A stretch of 64,000 bases of DNA from Balanoglossus misakiensis (lineage: Eukaryota; Animalia; Hemichordata): NCBI GenBank assembly GCA_040954595.2, contig CM082576.2:17717028-17781027 (forward strand). The letters run 5' to 3'. The position numbers and the translations under genes were made by a program. Below, piece after piece: positions 47,400 through 59,402 of this stretch; within the stretch, counting starts at the first letter, position 1, and every line of letters starts with the position of its first letter. The notes beneath the pieces are model-generated. The model ran no database searches, was not told where the DNA came from, and saw nothing but the letters and a program-made list of their open reading frames with translations.

Positions 47400-48681
47400 T
47401 TGATTCCCAATGTTGGTTCCTTTCCATCACCTACAGTGTTACAGGGGACAGATTGGTGCTCACCTCTGGAATCTTTGACTTCCTTTCTGATGACCGAGCT
47501 CACCACATTCAGTGCAGATGCAACGGCTTCTCTCGGCATCCTGGACAACCCATCGACATTTGCATTACTTTTTCCTGGGCGGTATTTAATGTCAAAGTCA
47601 AACACGGCCAGCTGGGAGATCCATCGCTGACTAGTAGCATCCAGTTTGGCTGTGGTGGTTATATAAACAAGAGGATTATTGTCCGTCAGCACAGTAAATT
47701 TATTTCCATAGAGATAATCTTTAAACTTATCCGTGACCGCCCATTTTAAGGAGAGAAATTCTAACTTGTGGGCTGGGTAGCGACTTTCTGCAGGGGTAAG
47801 TCCACGGCCAGTATAAGCAATTACTCTATCTGTTCCATCTTGCCTTTGTACCAAGACTGCGCCAAGACCACTAATAGAGGCATCCACCTGTAGTGTAAAA
47901 GGGAGGGTAAAGTCAGGATATCCCAGGATCGGTGCAGTGGTGAGCTTCTGTTTTAAAAGTGAAAAAGCAGATTCACAGTCAGTCGTCCACTCAAAGGGGG
48001 GTAGTTTCACCTGTTGATTTCTACCTTTCTTCTTTCTTGCATCACCAGACAATAACCGATTCAATGGAGCAGCAATTCTTGAAAAACTTTTCACGAACCG
48101 GCGATAATAACCCGCAAAACCAAGAAACTGCAGGACTTCCCTTCTAGTTGTGGGCCGTTTCCACGCCTTGACTTTGTCTATCTTCTCCGGGTCTGTACGG
48201 ACACCATTGGTTTTCACGATATGTCCCAGGTATTTAACCTCTTGACGCAGAAACGAGCATTTCGATGGCTTTAACTTCAATCCATGGTGCCTTAGTCTAT
48301 CAAACACCATCTGCAGTCTACCAAGATGTTCATCAAAGGTTTGTGAAAACACGATTATGTCATCTAGGTATATAAGAACTGTTGCAAAGTGTTGATCCCC
48401 CAGACAGCACATCATCAAGCGAGAAAAGGTTGCGGGCGCATTCATTAAGCCGAATGGCATCCGGTTCGTTTCATAGAGACCCATGGGAGTAGTAAACGCT
48501 GTCTTGTGTCGGTCTTTCTCCGCCACTTTCACTTGCCAATATCCAGAAGTAAGGTCCAGCGATGAAAAGAACTTTGCTTTCCCCAGTGCTTCCAGAGCCT
48601 CGTCCATCCTTGGTAATGGATATGCATCCCGGACTGATCGTAGATTCAACTGTCGATAGTCAATACATATCCGAAGGCTAC
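47400..48681 (-). pseudogene. pol: Gypsy pol fragment (RT + RNase H), cut at its 5' side by the IS3EU-like element
   Basis: SLRICIDYRQLN, DLTSGYWQ, YLDD, VDAS, YPAHKLEFL, TDNNPL. The N-terminus of ORF 47324-48967 is just the neighbouring repeat. Confidence 0.92.
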
Positions 48682-48744
48682 TATGGAAAGCCATGGCTGT
48701 CTTAAGTGACATACAATTATGTTGACATGGGGATTCTTTATATA

Positions 48745-49910
48745 ATGATGTGCATACGTTATAAGGTGATGGGCATACGTTATAAGGTAATGCACATACG
48801 TTATAAGGTGATGGGCATACGTTATAAGGTGATGCACATACGTTATAAGGTGATGCGCATACGTTATAAGGTGATGCGCATGCGGTATAAGGTGATGGGC
48901 ATACGTTATAAGGTGATGGGCATACGTTATAAGGTGATGCGCATGCGGTATAAGGTGATGGGCACACTTTTTAATGTGATGTTCTTGCGTTATAAGGTGA
49001 TGCGCATAAGTTGAACGGTGATAGGCATACATAAGGTGAAGGGCATAAGTTATAAGGTGATGTGAACACTTTATAAGGTGATGCGCATACGTTATAAGGT
49101 GATGTGATCACTTTATAAGGTGATGCGCTTTCGTTATAAGGTGATGCGCATACGTTATAAGGTGATGCACATACGTTATAAGGTGATGCGCATACGTTAT
49201 AAGTTGATGGGCATATGTTATAAGGTGATGCGCAAATGTTATAAGGTGATGGGCATACATTATAAGGTGATGCGCAAATGTTATAAGGTGATGGGCATAC
49301 ATTATAAGGTGATGCACATACATTATAAGGTGATGGGCATACGTCCTTATATGGTGTGGTTACGTTATAAGGTGATGGGCATACGTCGTTATATGGTGTG
49401 GTTACGTTATAAGGTGATGGGCATACGTCGTTATATGGTGTGGTTACGTTATAAGGTGATAGGCATACGTCGTTATATGGTGTGGTTACGTTATAAGGTG
49501 ATGGGCATACGTCGTTATATGGTGTGGTTACGTTATAAGGTGATGGGCATACGTCGTTTCTGGTGTGGTTACGTTATAAGGTGATGGGCATACGTCGTTT
49601 CTGGTGTGGTTACGTTATAAGGTGATGGGCATACGTCGTTATATGGTGTGGTTACGTTATAAGGTGATGGGCATACGTCGTTATATGGTGTGGTTACGTT
49701 ATAAGGTGATGGGCATACGTCGTTATATGGTGTGGTTACGTTATAAGGTGATGGGCATACGTTATAAGGTGATGCGCATACGTTATAAGGTGATGGGCCT
49801 ACGTTATAAGTTGATGCGCATACGTTATAAGGTGATGCGCATACGTTATAAGGTGATGGGCCTACGTTATAAGGTGATGCGCATACGTTATAAGGTGATG
49901 GGCATACGTT
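48745..49910. repeat. Left subterminal 21-bp array with 42-bp higher-order block
   Basis: cgttataaggtgatg(c/g)gcata tandem units; alternate with cgtcgttatatggtgtggtta at ~49340-49740. Confidence 0.97.
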
Positions 49911-50195
49911 TTTTTGTGATGGACATATGTTACACTGTGGTATACATTTGTTATTCTATAATATGCATTTATTATAATTTGATGTGCATTTCTGATAATG
50001 TGATGTGAATATGTTGTGTTGTAAGATGGATTTGGCTCATGTTGTACTTTTGTTAAATGATGTGAAATGTGCATCATATTGTGGTGTTTAATTCTGATGT
50101 AGAAGTCAGGGACTACCCAGAATGCATTTCTACAGACATGCTCAGTCCAGTTTATTTGTAGCTTGTGAGAGTACATACATGCTACTGATGTCATA

Positions 50196-51467
50196 ATGGC
50201 AACCTCTACATGTATTGGAAATATATTGGACCCACTAGGTTTGGGACACCTCTCTGATAAATTCACTTATGAGAAAATAACCCCTGCCATGGTATGTAAA
50301 TTATCAGTTGTAGACATGGAGACACTTGGCCTGAACAATAGAGCTGATATGATGGCACTGCGTGTTGCTTGCGTTAAATTTGGAGGAAAAGCACCTGCTA
50401 AAGCATTGGGACTCAATGGTGGTGCTCCTCTGTTTAACATTCCAAAATGTGTGTTGGAGCATCTTCTTGATGAAGAATTTAATATTGCTGATGTCGCATC
50501 AATGTTATCTGTTTCTGAGAGTACCATTTACCGAAGAATGAGACAGTATGGTCTTAGTAAAATGGACTTCTCAGATATAAGTGATGAGGACCTTGATGTC
50601 AATATCAGGCAGCTAACTTCTGATTTTCCATATTGTGGTGAAAACCTGATTAGGCAGATGTTACATGCTAAGGGGATCAAGGTCCAAAGGATGAGGTTGA
50701 GAGACAGCATCCACCGTGTTGATAGCATTGGTGTTGAATCAAGGAAGAAAGGCCGCTTACAGAGGCGTATATATAATGTCCAAGGACCAAACCACTTATG
50801 GCACATCGACACAAACCACAAGCTTGTGAGGTGGCATTTTATAGTATTTGGAGGAATCGATGGTTTCAGTCGCCTACCTGTTACTTTATCGTGTATAGAT
50901 AACAACCAGGCATCTACCCTGTTGCAGCTCTTTATGGCTGGTGTTGAGAAGTACGGCCTACCCAGTCGTGTGAGATCAGACATGGGTTTGGAAAACATAG
51001 ATATAGCGGAGTATATGGTCACAAATAGAGGCCCAAACAGGGGGAGCATGATAACAGGTAAAAGTGTCCATAATCAACGAATTGAAAAGCTTTGGAAGGA
51101 CGTCTATGAAGGAGTGCTAAGTCTGTACTATCAACTATTCCACTTCATGGAGGATAATGGCATCCTTGATCCACTAAATGAATTACACATAGCTGCACTT
51201 CACTATGTATTCATGCCAAGGATCAATGAAAAGCTGGAAACATGGAGGAATGCCTGGTCTCGCCACAGAATGCGCACAACGAAATCATCTCCACATCGAC
51301 TGTGGATTTCTGGGCAGTTTCAGGATCCTGTGGGGATAGAGGAGATTTCTTTGGATGGATATGGTGTTGAAGGCATTGTCTATGGTGATGAGACAGAACA
51401 AGAGGCTGATACAAGACCATCAGCCATCATTTTCAAAGTGCTGCCAAATTCCAGAGGAATTGAATGA
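50196..51467 (+). CDS. IS3/IS481-type DDE transposase with N-terminal SAM-like domain and HTH
   Basis: SAM-like [17 protein letters not shown]....CKLS..DMETLGL...AD...LR; [23 protein letters not shown]; core [41 protein letters not shown]. The C-terminus may be shortened. Confidence 0.9.
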   Translation: MATSTCIGNILDPLGLGHLSDKFTYEKITPAMVCKLSVVDMETLGLNNRADMMALRVACVKFGGKAPAKALGLNGGAPLFNIPKCVLEHLLDEEFNIADVASMLSVSESTIYRRMRQYGLSKMDFSDISDEDLDVNIRQLTSDFPYCGENLIRQMLHAKGIKVQRMRLRDSIHRVDSIGVESRKKGRLQRRIYNVQGPNHLWHIDTNHKLVRWHFIVFGGIDGFSRLPVTLSCIDNNQASTLLQLFMAGVEKYGLPSRVRSDMGLENIDIAEYMVTNRGPNRGSMITGKSVHNQRIEKLWKDVYEGVLSLYYQLFHFMEDNGILDPLNELHIAALHYVFMPRINEKLETWRNAWSRHRMRTTKSSPHRLWISGQFQDPVGIEEISLDGYGVEGIVYGDETEQEADTRPSAIIFKVLPNSRGIE

Positions 51468-51937
51468 CTATGTCAACATGAAAAGTTCGCAAGTTCAAAC
51501 CCATAGTTCATACAATGGGTAAATACACCATCCTGAAAAGAATTTTCTCATGTTTTGACCACATACATTATGTCAGGAAATACAATCTTGAACCAAGTCT
51601 ATCTCTCTGTAAATAAGTAAAACACATTTATGCAGTCCTTTGGTTAAATTTGTTGCACATGTTTAAAGGCCCAGTAACACAAATTTTGGCCATTTAAGTA
51701 CTTTGTATTTGTAAACACAAGGTTGCTATAAAATATAAAAGCAAAACGTACATATATGAGAGATATTCCCAATAAACTATGAAAGTGAGCACTTGCCCAA
51801 GTTTCTGCATACAACGATTGTTTATCTTTCTCTGTGTCAACACAAGTAGCTTCAACAGTACCTCTACGAGTATGGTGAGAACATACATCTATCACTAAGC
51901 CTCCAAGGTTTAGGAGAATTGTGCTTCAATAGCTTAA

Positions 51938-52556
51938 AGGGGAAATCCGTCGTAGCTGATTTCTACATAATTTGGTAGCTTTGATGTCACTCTTTCAGAA
52001 AAAAAACATATTCGCCATGTATAGGTCGCGCGATTTTTTACAAAATCTAGGGAAAGTTGGCAGAATTTCCAATATGGCGTTTACTGTAATTTGAATCATG
52101 GGAAAAAAAGCGCCAGGACCAACTTCCGCCCACCATGGTGTGGGTGATACCATTCTCCGATAGGTGTCACTGGGCGACAGACTAGGCGTATTTTCATAGC
52201 TATTGTTTGTTCTTTGCATCAGTTGATAAACAATCATCAGCAAAGTCGAAAATTTGTCATCTATTGACAGTTTTCATGAGCTATAACCCATGGAAAATAT
52301 GCAAATACGCTTAGCTTGTGACGCAGTGACACCCATCGGAAAATGGTATCACCCACACTAAGGCGGGCGGAAGTTGGTCCTGGCGCTTTTTTCCCATGAT
52401 TCAAATTACAGTAAACGCAATATTGGAAATTCTGCCAACTTTCCCTAGATTTTGTAAAAAATCGCGCGACCTATACATGGCGAATATGTTTTTTTCTGAA
52501 AGAGTGACATCAAAGCTACCAAATTATGTAGAAATCAGCTACGACGGATTTCCCCT
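51938..52556. mobile_element. Kolobok-like foldback MITE with ~220-bp TIRs
   Basis: TTAA TSD; aggggaaatccgtcgtagctgatttctac... near-perfectly inverted at the right end. Confidence 0.85.
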
Positions 52557-53562
52557 TTAACACTCTCACCATACTCATATAGTCTTTGTTATACCCTGAC
52601 TGTGCCGTGAACCTCATTTCCAGCCGTCCCTACAGTCTGGGGAATTCCCATTGAACAGTTTCTTCACAAAGATGGCCGACTGCAGACAAAAGCTATGCTT
52701 CTTGGAAGCCAGTAAGGAGCTCACATAAAAATGTAAAAGTGACTTTCAAAGTCCATTGCACTTATCTGTCACTGGTAACTGATAAATGATTGCACAAATG
52801 CTAGAGAGAATCCTGTAAAATGATACCACTCGTATGGGCTTTACTAGCTCCCAAGGTGCATCGCTTTTGTCTATAGTCTTGGTGAAGATTTCCTCCTTGA
52901 CTCTAAAAATACCTAGACCCTCCTTTTTTTGCTTCAACCCCACATTACAGTCGAACAGTCCCTATATGACATACTCAAGGTAGTCCAAGAATGTTGTTTG
53001 GTCATCACACATTGCCAAAATATGCAGTGGTAAATGCAAGGTCATAAAAAGAAAACAATCTGGCACTGGTTGGTAGTGGGCAGCTGATAGTTGGCCTTGG
53101 TAACTTCAGACAGTTGATGCAGGTGTTAGCTGTAGGTATGAATGATGTGCTGAATTCCACAAATACAATTGTGGGATGGATAACAAATCCAAGGGCAGGT
53201 TCTTCATCAGCCCCTGTTGTGAACTGTAGAACACTTGCAAGTGACACTTTACTTCTTCTGCCACCTTGAACAAATCAAAAGTAGTATGAAATGTTAGTCT
53301 GACACAATAGCCCGAGAGATAATACAATTTTTTACAGCTAGCTTTCTAAAGTCAACAATTGTGAATAAGCCTGTTCACATCAAAACCATGATGTGCATAT
53401 GTAGGCCATAGTGCATCACCTATTTGCCAAATTTGAACAAAATCAGTTTAGGGGTGACAAATGTTAATGGACGATGGTCAGACGACAATGGACAGTGTCT
53501 ATCTATCTGATAAGCTCCGGGTCACTGACAGTGGAGCTATGAAATTCATTAAAATATAGAAA

Positions 53563-53927
53563 ACTAGAGGTATCTTCACAAAATGAACAAAACTATACGG
53601 GGCCACTCCAGAAACTCTCACAGCAGTTTTCAATGCAATCAGCCCAATGGTTGCTGAGTTTCTAATTTTTGACCATTTTCACATTTTGGGGGTAATCTGC
53701 ATACTTTGATAGTGACAATATTGTTTTAACAAAATCCCATCAAAAACCCAGCATGCACTTAAACACCAAATGAAAAGATGAAACATGCAGTCGTTCTTAA
53801 GTTTTTGCAGTGGATAGACAGACATACCAGTACATACATACCGGTACATACAGACAGAGAGACATACAGACAATGGATGCTGTCTTACACTATAAGCTCA
53901 TTGGTATCGCAAATGTGAGCTATAAAT
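53563..53927 (+). mobile_element. HINE/Helentron-like non-autonomous repeat in intron
   Basis: aactagag start, (acag/acat)n microsatellite, terminal hairpin agctcat...gtgagct followed by A-rich end. Confidence 0.45.
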
Positions 53928-56317
53928 ACCGAGTGAACAACTTACTTGCAACTTCTCTGAGGTATTTTAAGAACAGAGAACACTGTATTTTCAAGTGTTC
54001 TTGTGTTTGAACCTTCTACACTGAAGACATGGGTCAGAAGAGATGTCACCTTCTTAATCATTAAAGCACTTGAAGGATTTGGAATAAAAAGATGAAGGAA
54101 GGTTGGTATTCCAATGCAAATCTGAAAATAGGAGATTGATTTGAAAAGATTAATGATGAAGTCACTGAAGAGATTTATTAAAGCCACACTGAAACACTGG
54201 GCAAAGACTCTTCTGCTGAACATTCTACATTGAAATGCCTATATATTTCAGAAATTGTTTCAAAAACTGTATCAAGTTTTGACCACTATCCACTGCATTT
54301 CTGTTACATTTTCCCTCCATACACTAACACCCTGAAACATTTCAAAATTATGAAATTTCTTAGTTACCAAAATACGAAAAGCTTCATGTGATCATTCTGT
54401 TACTTTGCATGGTGAGAAATGGAGAGTGAAAGTACCTGGTAGATTCCTAGTTTAGCAAGACCATTCCGCAAATGAAGAATGCATGGAGATGGGTCACTAC
54501 TGTGGAATAACTCGTCAACAATGTCTGTGCCCATAAACTGGGGGAGCTTCCCATTTTGTAGAATGCTTAAACCTGTTGCCATGAATAAACAGAAATTATT
54601 ACAAATAAAAAAAGTGTAAAACATTTTCAGACTTAAAGTAACTTATTGGAATTTTTTTCATTCTATTTTAAACCAGTGATGACTTCTGAAAATTTGGTTC
54701 GAAGAATTTTCTAAATTATATCAAGCATTGCAAGCCTTGTTGGCAAGTCATTAAAGGGACAATGTTACTCATTTCAGAGCAATTATTGCATACTGTTTAT
54801 AAACGTTGAAAAGTTTTCATGCTCATAAGTAAGCCAAAAATTGAATGTTTGTTTAAAAACCATACACGTACAACTCAAAAATCAGTTGGTTATAAGTTTC
54901 AGCATTTTCTTACGCAGGTTTGCATTTTCCAGATGACCACTGTTTGAGGCATGTTTCCATGGTAACAAGCAAAATAACCACACTTCTTAACATCAATTTG
55001 AAGTCTCAAAATGAGTTAAATAATGAAATACTGTGCTAATGTTAACATTAAATACAAATAATAATTTTCATGCAAATGACAAGGGATTTGAAATTTGTCG
55101 ATTTCAGCTTCCTTCACTATACCACAATATGTGTATCAAGTAAATATGGCATTATATCTTAAAATATGCATGCTTGTGTTTTCCTTGTACTTTTCAAGCC
55201 ACTGTGTATTTGCAAATAAAGTCACACACAAGCTAGCAGAACTTTCTAATGATGCAAATTTGAGCTTGGGGACAATGAAAAATATAACAATAAAACCAGA
55301 TAAAGCAAATTATATTACTCACCCATATATATTCCAACTTTGTAGTATTCTTCAGCAAGGTGTTCTCTGAGACCTTCATCAAAAAAATGTTCTTTGATTG
55401 CTCTTAGTATCAAAACAAAGAACTCTTTTCTGGGGCCACCAAAGTCACGTGCTCTCTGTTGAGTACAAAAAGGCACATTAGCTGTTAAAGAATATACTAG
55501 AGTAGAAATTTATGAACAATCAAGTGTTGCTCAAATGTTTACAAAATGAAATCAATACTGTAAATGAGAATAAACGCAAACTGATAAACTTTCTCTCATA
55601 ATAATAGTTTTGCAGTGTACAAATGGCAGAAAACATCCTAAAAATGTCATACCGATTTTACCCAGGGTTAGGAATAACTGATAGAGACGTAGATTTCACT
55701 GAAATTGACCGAATCCAGATAACCTGATAAAAACAATTTATCTAGACTTATCTGACTTATTACTAGACTTGTTACACTTACAGTGAGTTTTTGTTGACAA
55801 AATATATAAGTTGATGTAAACACAAAAATATTCAGTGCGAAAACATAAATTATACTGGAAGTGACTGACATTCAAATTAACCATTTGGTGTAATCTTACC
55901 TCATCATAAAACTGGACTTCCAGAGTTTTTCTCAAGTCTTCCATGGAACTTATTTCGTCAAATGCTGTTGTCAAAATATCTGCTCTGTTGACAATAATGA
56001 AGTTTGTGTCACCATAATCAGTCTCACTCTCTGACTCAACATCCAGACATCTACCAGTTACCATGGCTCTCTGAAAATATCTCAGGACTTCTATTGGGTT
56101 GGAAATACTGTGATGCTGACAGTATTCAATGGTTTGTTTGGCAATGTTATCGACAGTTTCTTCTGTGTCAGATGTAGACTGTAAATAAAAGATTAATTAA
56201 TATTACCATTAAATCATAAACAACTTTACTTTAACATCCAGAATAAAATATAATATAAGTACACAGACAGTGATGATAGTTTTAGATGAGATAAACTTCA
56301 CAATTTAATTATCTTAA

Positions 56318-56652
56318 AGGGGCAGTGAAAAACAGGGAAAACAAAAGGTGATGTGAGTTGAATTTTAGGAAAGAGTGCAAAGCTTAGTGCTCCTGTCACT
56401 TGAAGGCAGAGGACATTTTATGTTGTTCAACTCGCACCACTTTTTGTTTTCCAATTTTCAAACAAAACAGTATGGATAAATGGCAGGGATTACTTCTGCT
56501 GGATAACTGGACCTAAACTATGAAAAACAGCCTCGCCAATCATCCCCTTTAAACCTTTCACCACCATGGTTTGTCCTAAATCCATTTTTCTCTATGGTAA
56601 AGTTGGGCCTGTACATGGGGAAATGGGGGTGAAAGGGTTAAGGCACTGTCCT
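56318..56652. mobile_element. Kolobok-like MITE containing a piggyBac-like mini element (56553-56637)
   Basis: ttaa-aggggcagtg...cactgtcct-ttaa; inner ttaa-acctttcacc...ggtgaaaggg-ttaa. Confidence 0.55.
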
Positions 56653-58230
56653 TTAATTTACTTGCTGTGATCCTGATTTTCATTGGGACAATAATTCTCA
56701 TTGAATATACAAATCCATGTAGGCCTAATATACATGTTTAATGTGTATACTTACATTGCTATCTCCATTTCGAGAGAGATCGACTGTTTCCCCAGTGCTA
56801 GGCTGTAATATTTCCAGGTCATCATCTGGCGTCTCAGCAGAGTTTGCTTGCGCTAGTGTTTCTCCACCATGTCTTTCTTGAGTATCTGCTACCAGCTGTG
56901 GTGGGGGTGGGAGGTCATCTTCGGAATCAGAAGTTATCAGCAGTGTACCGGTACAAGTCTCAATGTGTTCACGCAAATCATGCATGGGGAATTCAGTGTT
57001 ACAGCTTTTGCATGTCTCCTTCAAGGCAGACGAGGAACTTCCAGTGCCAGCATTTAAATCTTTGGTGCTAAGATTTTTCTGGATAGGCCTTATGTATAGT
57101 TTAGCCTGGGCACCAACATGACCTTTCAACTCAGGCACATTCCACGCACATTTCAGTTCATTCAGCTCACGGCAGCCACTGCTACAATGCAAAAGTTCGA
57201 ATCCGCCACAGTCTAGCAGCTGGGGATAAGCACTGGTGATTTTGCTTAATACTTGACTTTCGTCGTCCTCTGCAAAAAGGGTGACCTTCTTGTCACCAAG
57301 CCCTGCCCTAAATAGTATCTGTCTCTCGACGGTCGTCGGAAGTTTTTTTGCATACCTGTCTGCTAGACACATAAATCTAACAGTCCACGTTCTCGTGCCT
57401 CGATCCCTCGTGCTGCTTCTCTTTCTCTTTCCTCCCCTCCTTCCGCCACTTCCTCTACTAGGCTGAAAGAGAAGGGTTGTCTCTCTACGAACAGTTGTAG
57501 CACTTGTAGAACTTGTTTGTGCCTGGTTTACAGCAATGTCGCACATTTCACGCAGGTCAAACCGATCACCAACCCTTGTGACCCCTACTCGTTTGAGTTC
57601 ATCATCAGTCATTGCCGCCACTGTTCTTGGCTCAATACGTTCATTTTGAAACACAGGCCACAACGTAGACAACCCGAGTCTGGTTAGAATGTTTTCCATC
57701 ATGGTATAACGCTTTATACACAGTGGCCTGATAAGACTTTCACTCGGCTAGTTATACTTTGCGAAACAACAAAACGGCGAAACAGCGAAACGACGAAACC
57801 ATTATTAAAATAGGGGCCAGTCATCAAGACGGTGGCGTATGATTTTTTTAAAAGTTTTCAAATTAAAACGTAAGCGAGCCAAGAAAACTACAGGTCAGAT
57901 AAATTATTTTCTCGGAAATTCAACATTGGAATCAAATTTGGCGTGGGAAACAAACGGCGGGGCGCCAGTTCCTGGTCTGCGGCCTGGTACTATGTAGTGG
58001 TAGAGTCGACGTCGTGTGCTGACAGGCGAATTGCCCGCCAAAAAAGAATCCCGCCCCAAAAGGTCAATGTACGAGTATATTCACAGGGCGAAAGATTAGT
58101 TGAAACAAAGCAGTAGTGTCCGTACTGATGGGGGGTAAGAGTAGTAGTTATATATAGAAACACATGTAATAACTCACACAACACAGTATCATTTCACTCA
58201 GCACCACGTGTGTCACACGTTCGTGAAGTT

Positions 58231-58667
58231 GGCCTCATCCTCAGCTTCGTGACCTCAGGAAGATTAATACTGTCCAAATGTCCAAACAGTCGAGTCGAGA
58301 ACGATTGGAAAATAGAACAAATAGAGTCAAAATAAGAAATCCAATCAATTAGTTAGACTATCCCATGAAAATACTTTACCTATATTGCTTTCGCTTCTTT
58401 TAGATCACATCAATTATCCGAAATTTACGATAATTTTGATTCTTTATTGACATGTTTTTTTGCAATAACCTTTGACCTTGAAGCAATTTTCTCTCGGGAG
58501 TTTCTTATGCGCTGCTATAAAGCATTTAAAAACCAGAAGTCGTATCCGTATTTACATTTATCCAAGTCAGTGAAAGAAATGATATTATTTAAATATTATC
58601 TTCAAGTTTAACGAATCGCCGATGTTGTTATTAATCTTCCTGAGGTCACGAAGCTGAGGATGAGGCC
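58231..58667. mobile_element. MITE with ~39-bp perfect inverted repeats
   Basis: ggcctcatcctcagcttcgtgacctcaggaagattaata and its reverse complement. Confidence 0.7.
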
Positions 58668-58711
58668 GGCGAATATGAGGATGCGGGTAAGGCCAACATC
58701 ACGACCAGCTA

Positions 58712-58822
58712 ATAACGACGTAACCACACCATATAACTACGTATGCCCATCACCTTATAACGTAAGCGCATCACCTTATAACGTAGGCGCATCAACTTAT
58801 AACGTATGCGCATCACCTTATT
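58712..58822. repeat. Right subterminal 21-bp array (inverted) of IS3EU-like element 1
   Basis: cgtatgc(g/c)catcaccttataa x4 and taaccacaccatataac, reverse complements of the left-array units. Confidence 0.92.
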
Positions 58823-58861
58823 ACGGTAGCCCGTATGTGACAGACCAATTCACTAATTAAA

Positions 58862-59280
58862 TGTACACAACTTTAATTTTGTCCCGACAAAACTCTCTAA
58901 TTGGTGGACACAACTCTAACTTTGTCGGACAAAACTCTCTAATTGGTGGACACAACTCTAACTTTGTTGGACAAAACTCTCTAATTGGTGGACACAACTC
59001 TAACTTTGTCGGACAAAACTCTCTAATTGGTGGACACAACTCTAACTTTGTCGGACAAAACTCTCTAATTGGTGGACACAAAACTCTCTAATTGGTGGAC
59101 ACAACTCTCACTTTGTCGGACAAAACTCTCTAAATTTGTCGGACACAACTCTCAAATTGATGGACACAACTCTAATTTCGCCTGACACAGCCCTTTATTT
59201 GTTGGACACAACTCTAATTTTGATGGGCGCAACTTTCTAATTTTGTCGGACACAACTCTTATTCGCGTGGACAAAACTTT
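58862..59280. repeat. Subterminal 42-bp (2 x 21) array of element 2
   Basis: ttgtcggacaaaactctctaa-ttggtggacacaactctaact tandem units, degenerating rightwards. Confidence 0.95.
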
Positions 59281-59402
59281 CTTTTGCTCAAGGCGGAAAT
59301 TCACTATATATCCCACAATACAGTTCGCGTCAACGTCACTGGATATTACTGCCATTTGAGTCTGATGCAGGAGATGGAGTTACACTACATCCTTCAAACA
59401 AA

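Larger units (their letters stand above)
53005..57702 (-). pseudogene. Six-exon SAM - Ubl-like - zinc finger - HECT E3 ubiquitin ligase (G2E3-like HECT), one frameshift
   Basis: Exons 57702-56755, 56178-55900, 55455-55323, 54572-54436, 54121-53946 and 53264-53005, all GT-AG. HECT motifs LEVQFYDE|RARDFGGPRKEFF, VLQFTTGA and PTANTC (catalytic Cys), ending FGNV*. Phases fit except for a frameshift at ~53975. Confidence 0.87.
48682..58835 (+). mobile_element. IS3EU-like DDE DNA transposon 1 (transposase + convergent HECT ligase gene)
   Basis: Termini TATGG.../...CCGTA (TAY..RTA); the same 21-bp subterminal repeat in inverted orientation at both ends; IS3-type transposase; the left end abuts the Gypsy RT exactly. 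The TSD is not matched. Confidence 0.78.

Noticed and set aside
48646-50008. Repetitive ORFs (CPSPYNV / RYKVMGI / YAHHLIT)
   Set aside because: Translations of the 21-bp subterminal array; their fusion to the Gypsy RT in ORF 47324-48967 is a chance junction.
53005-57702. Host G2E3 orthologue
   Set aside because: No PHD/RING fingers, and it lies between the transposon's inverted subterminal arrays.
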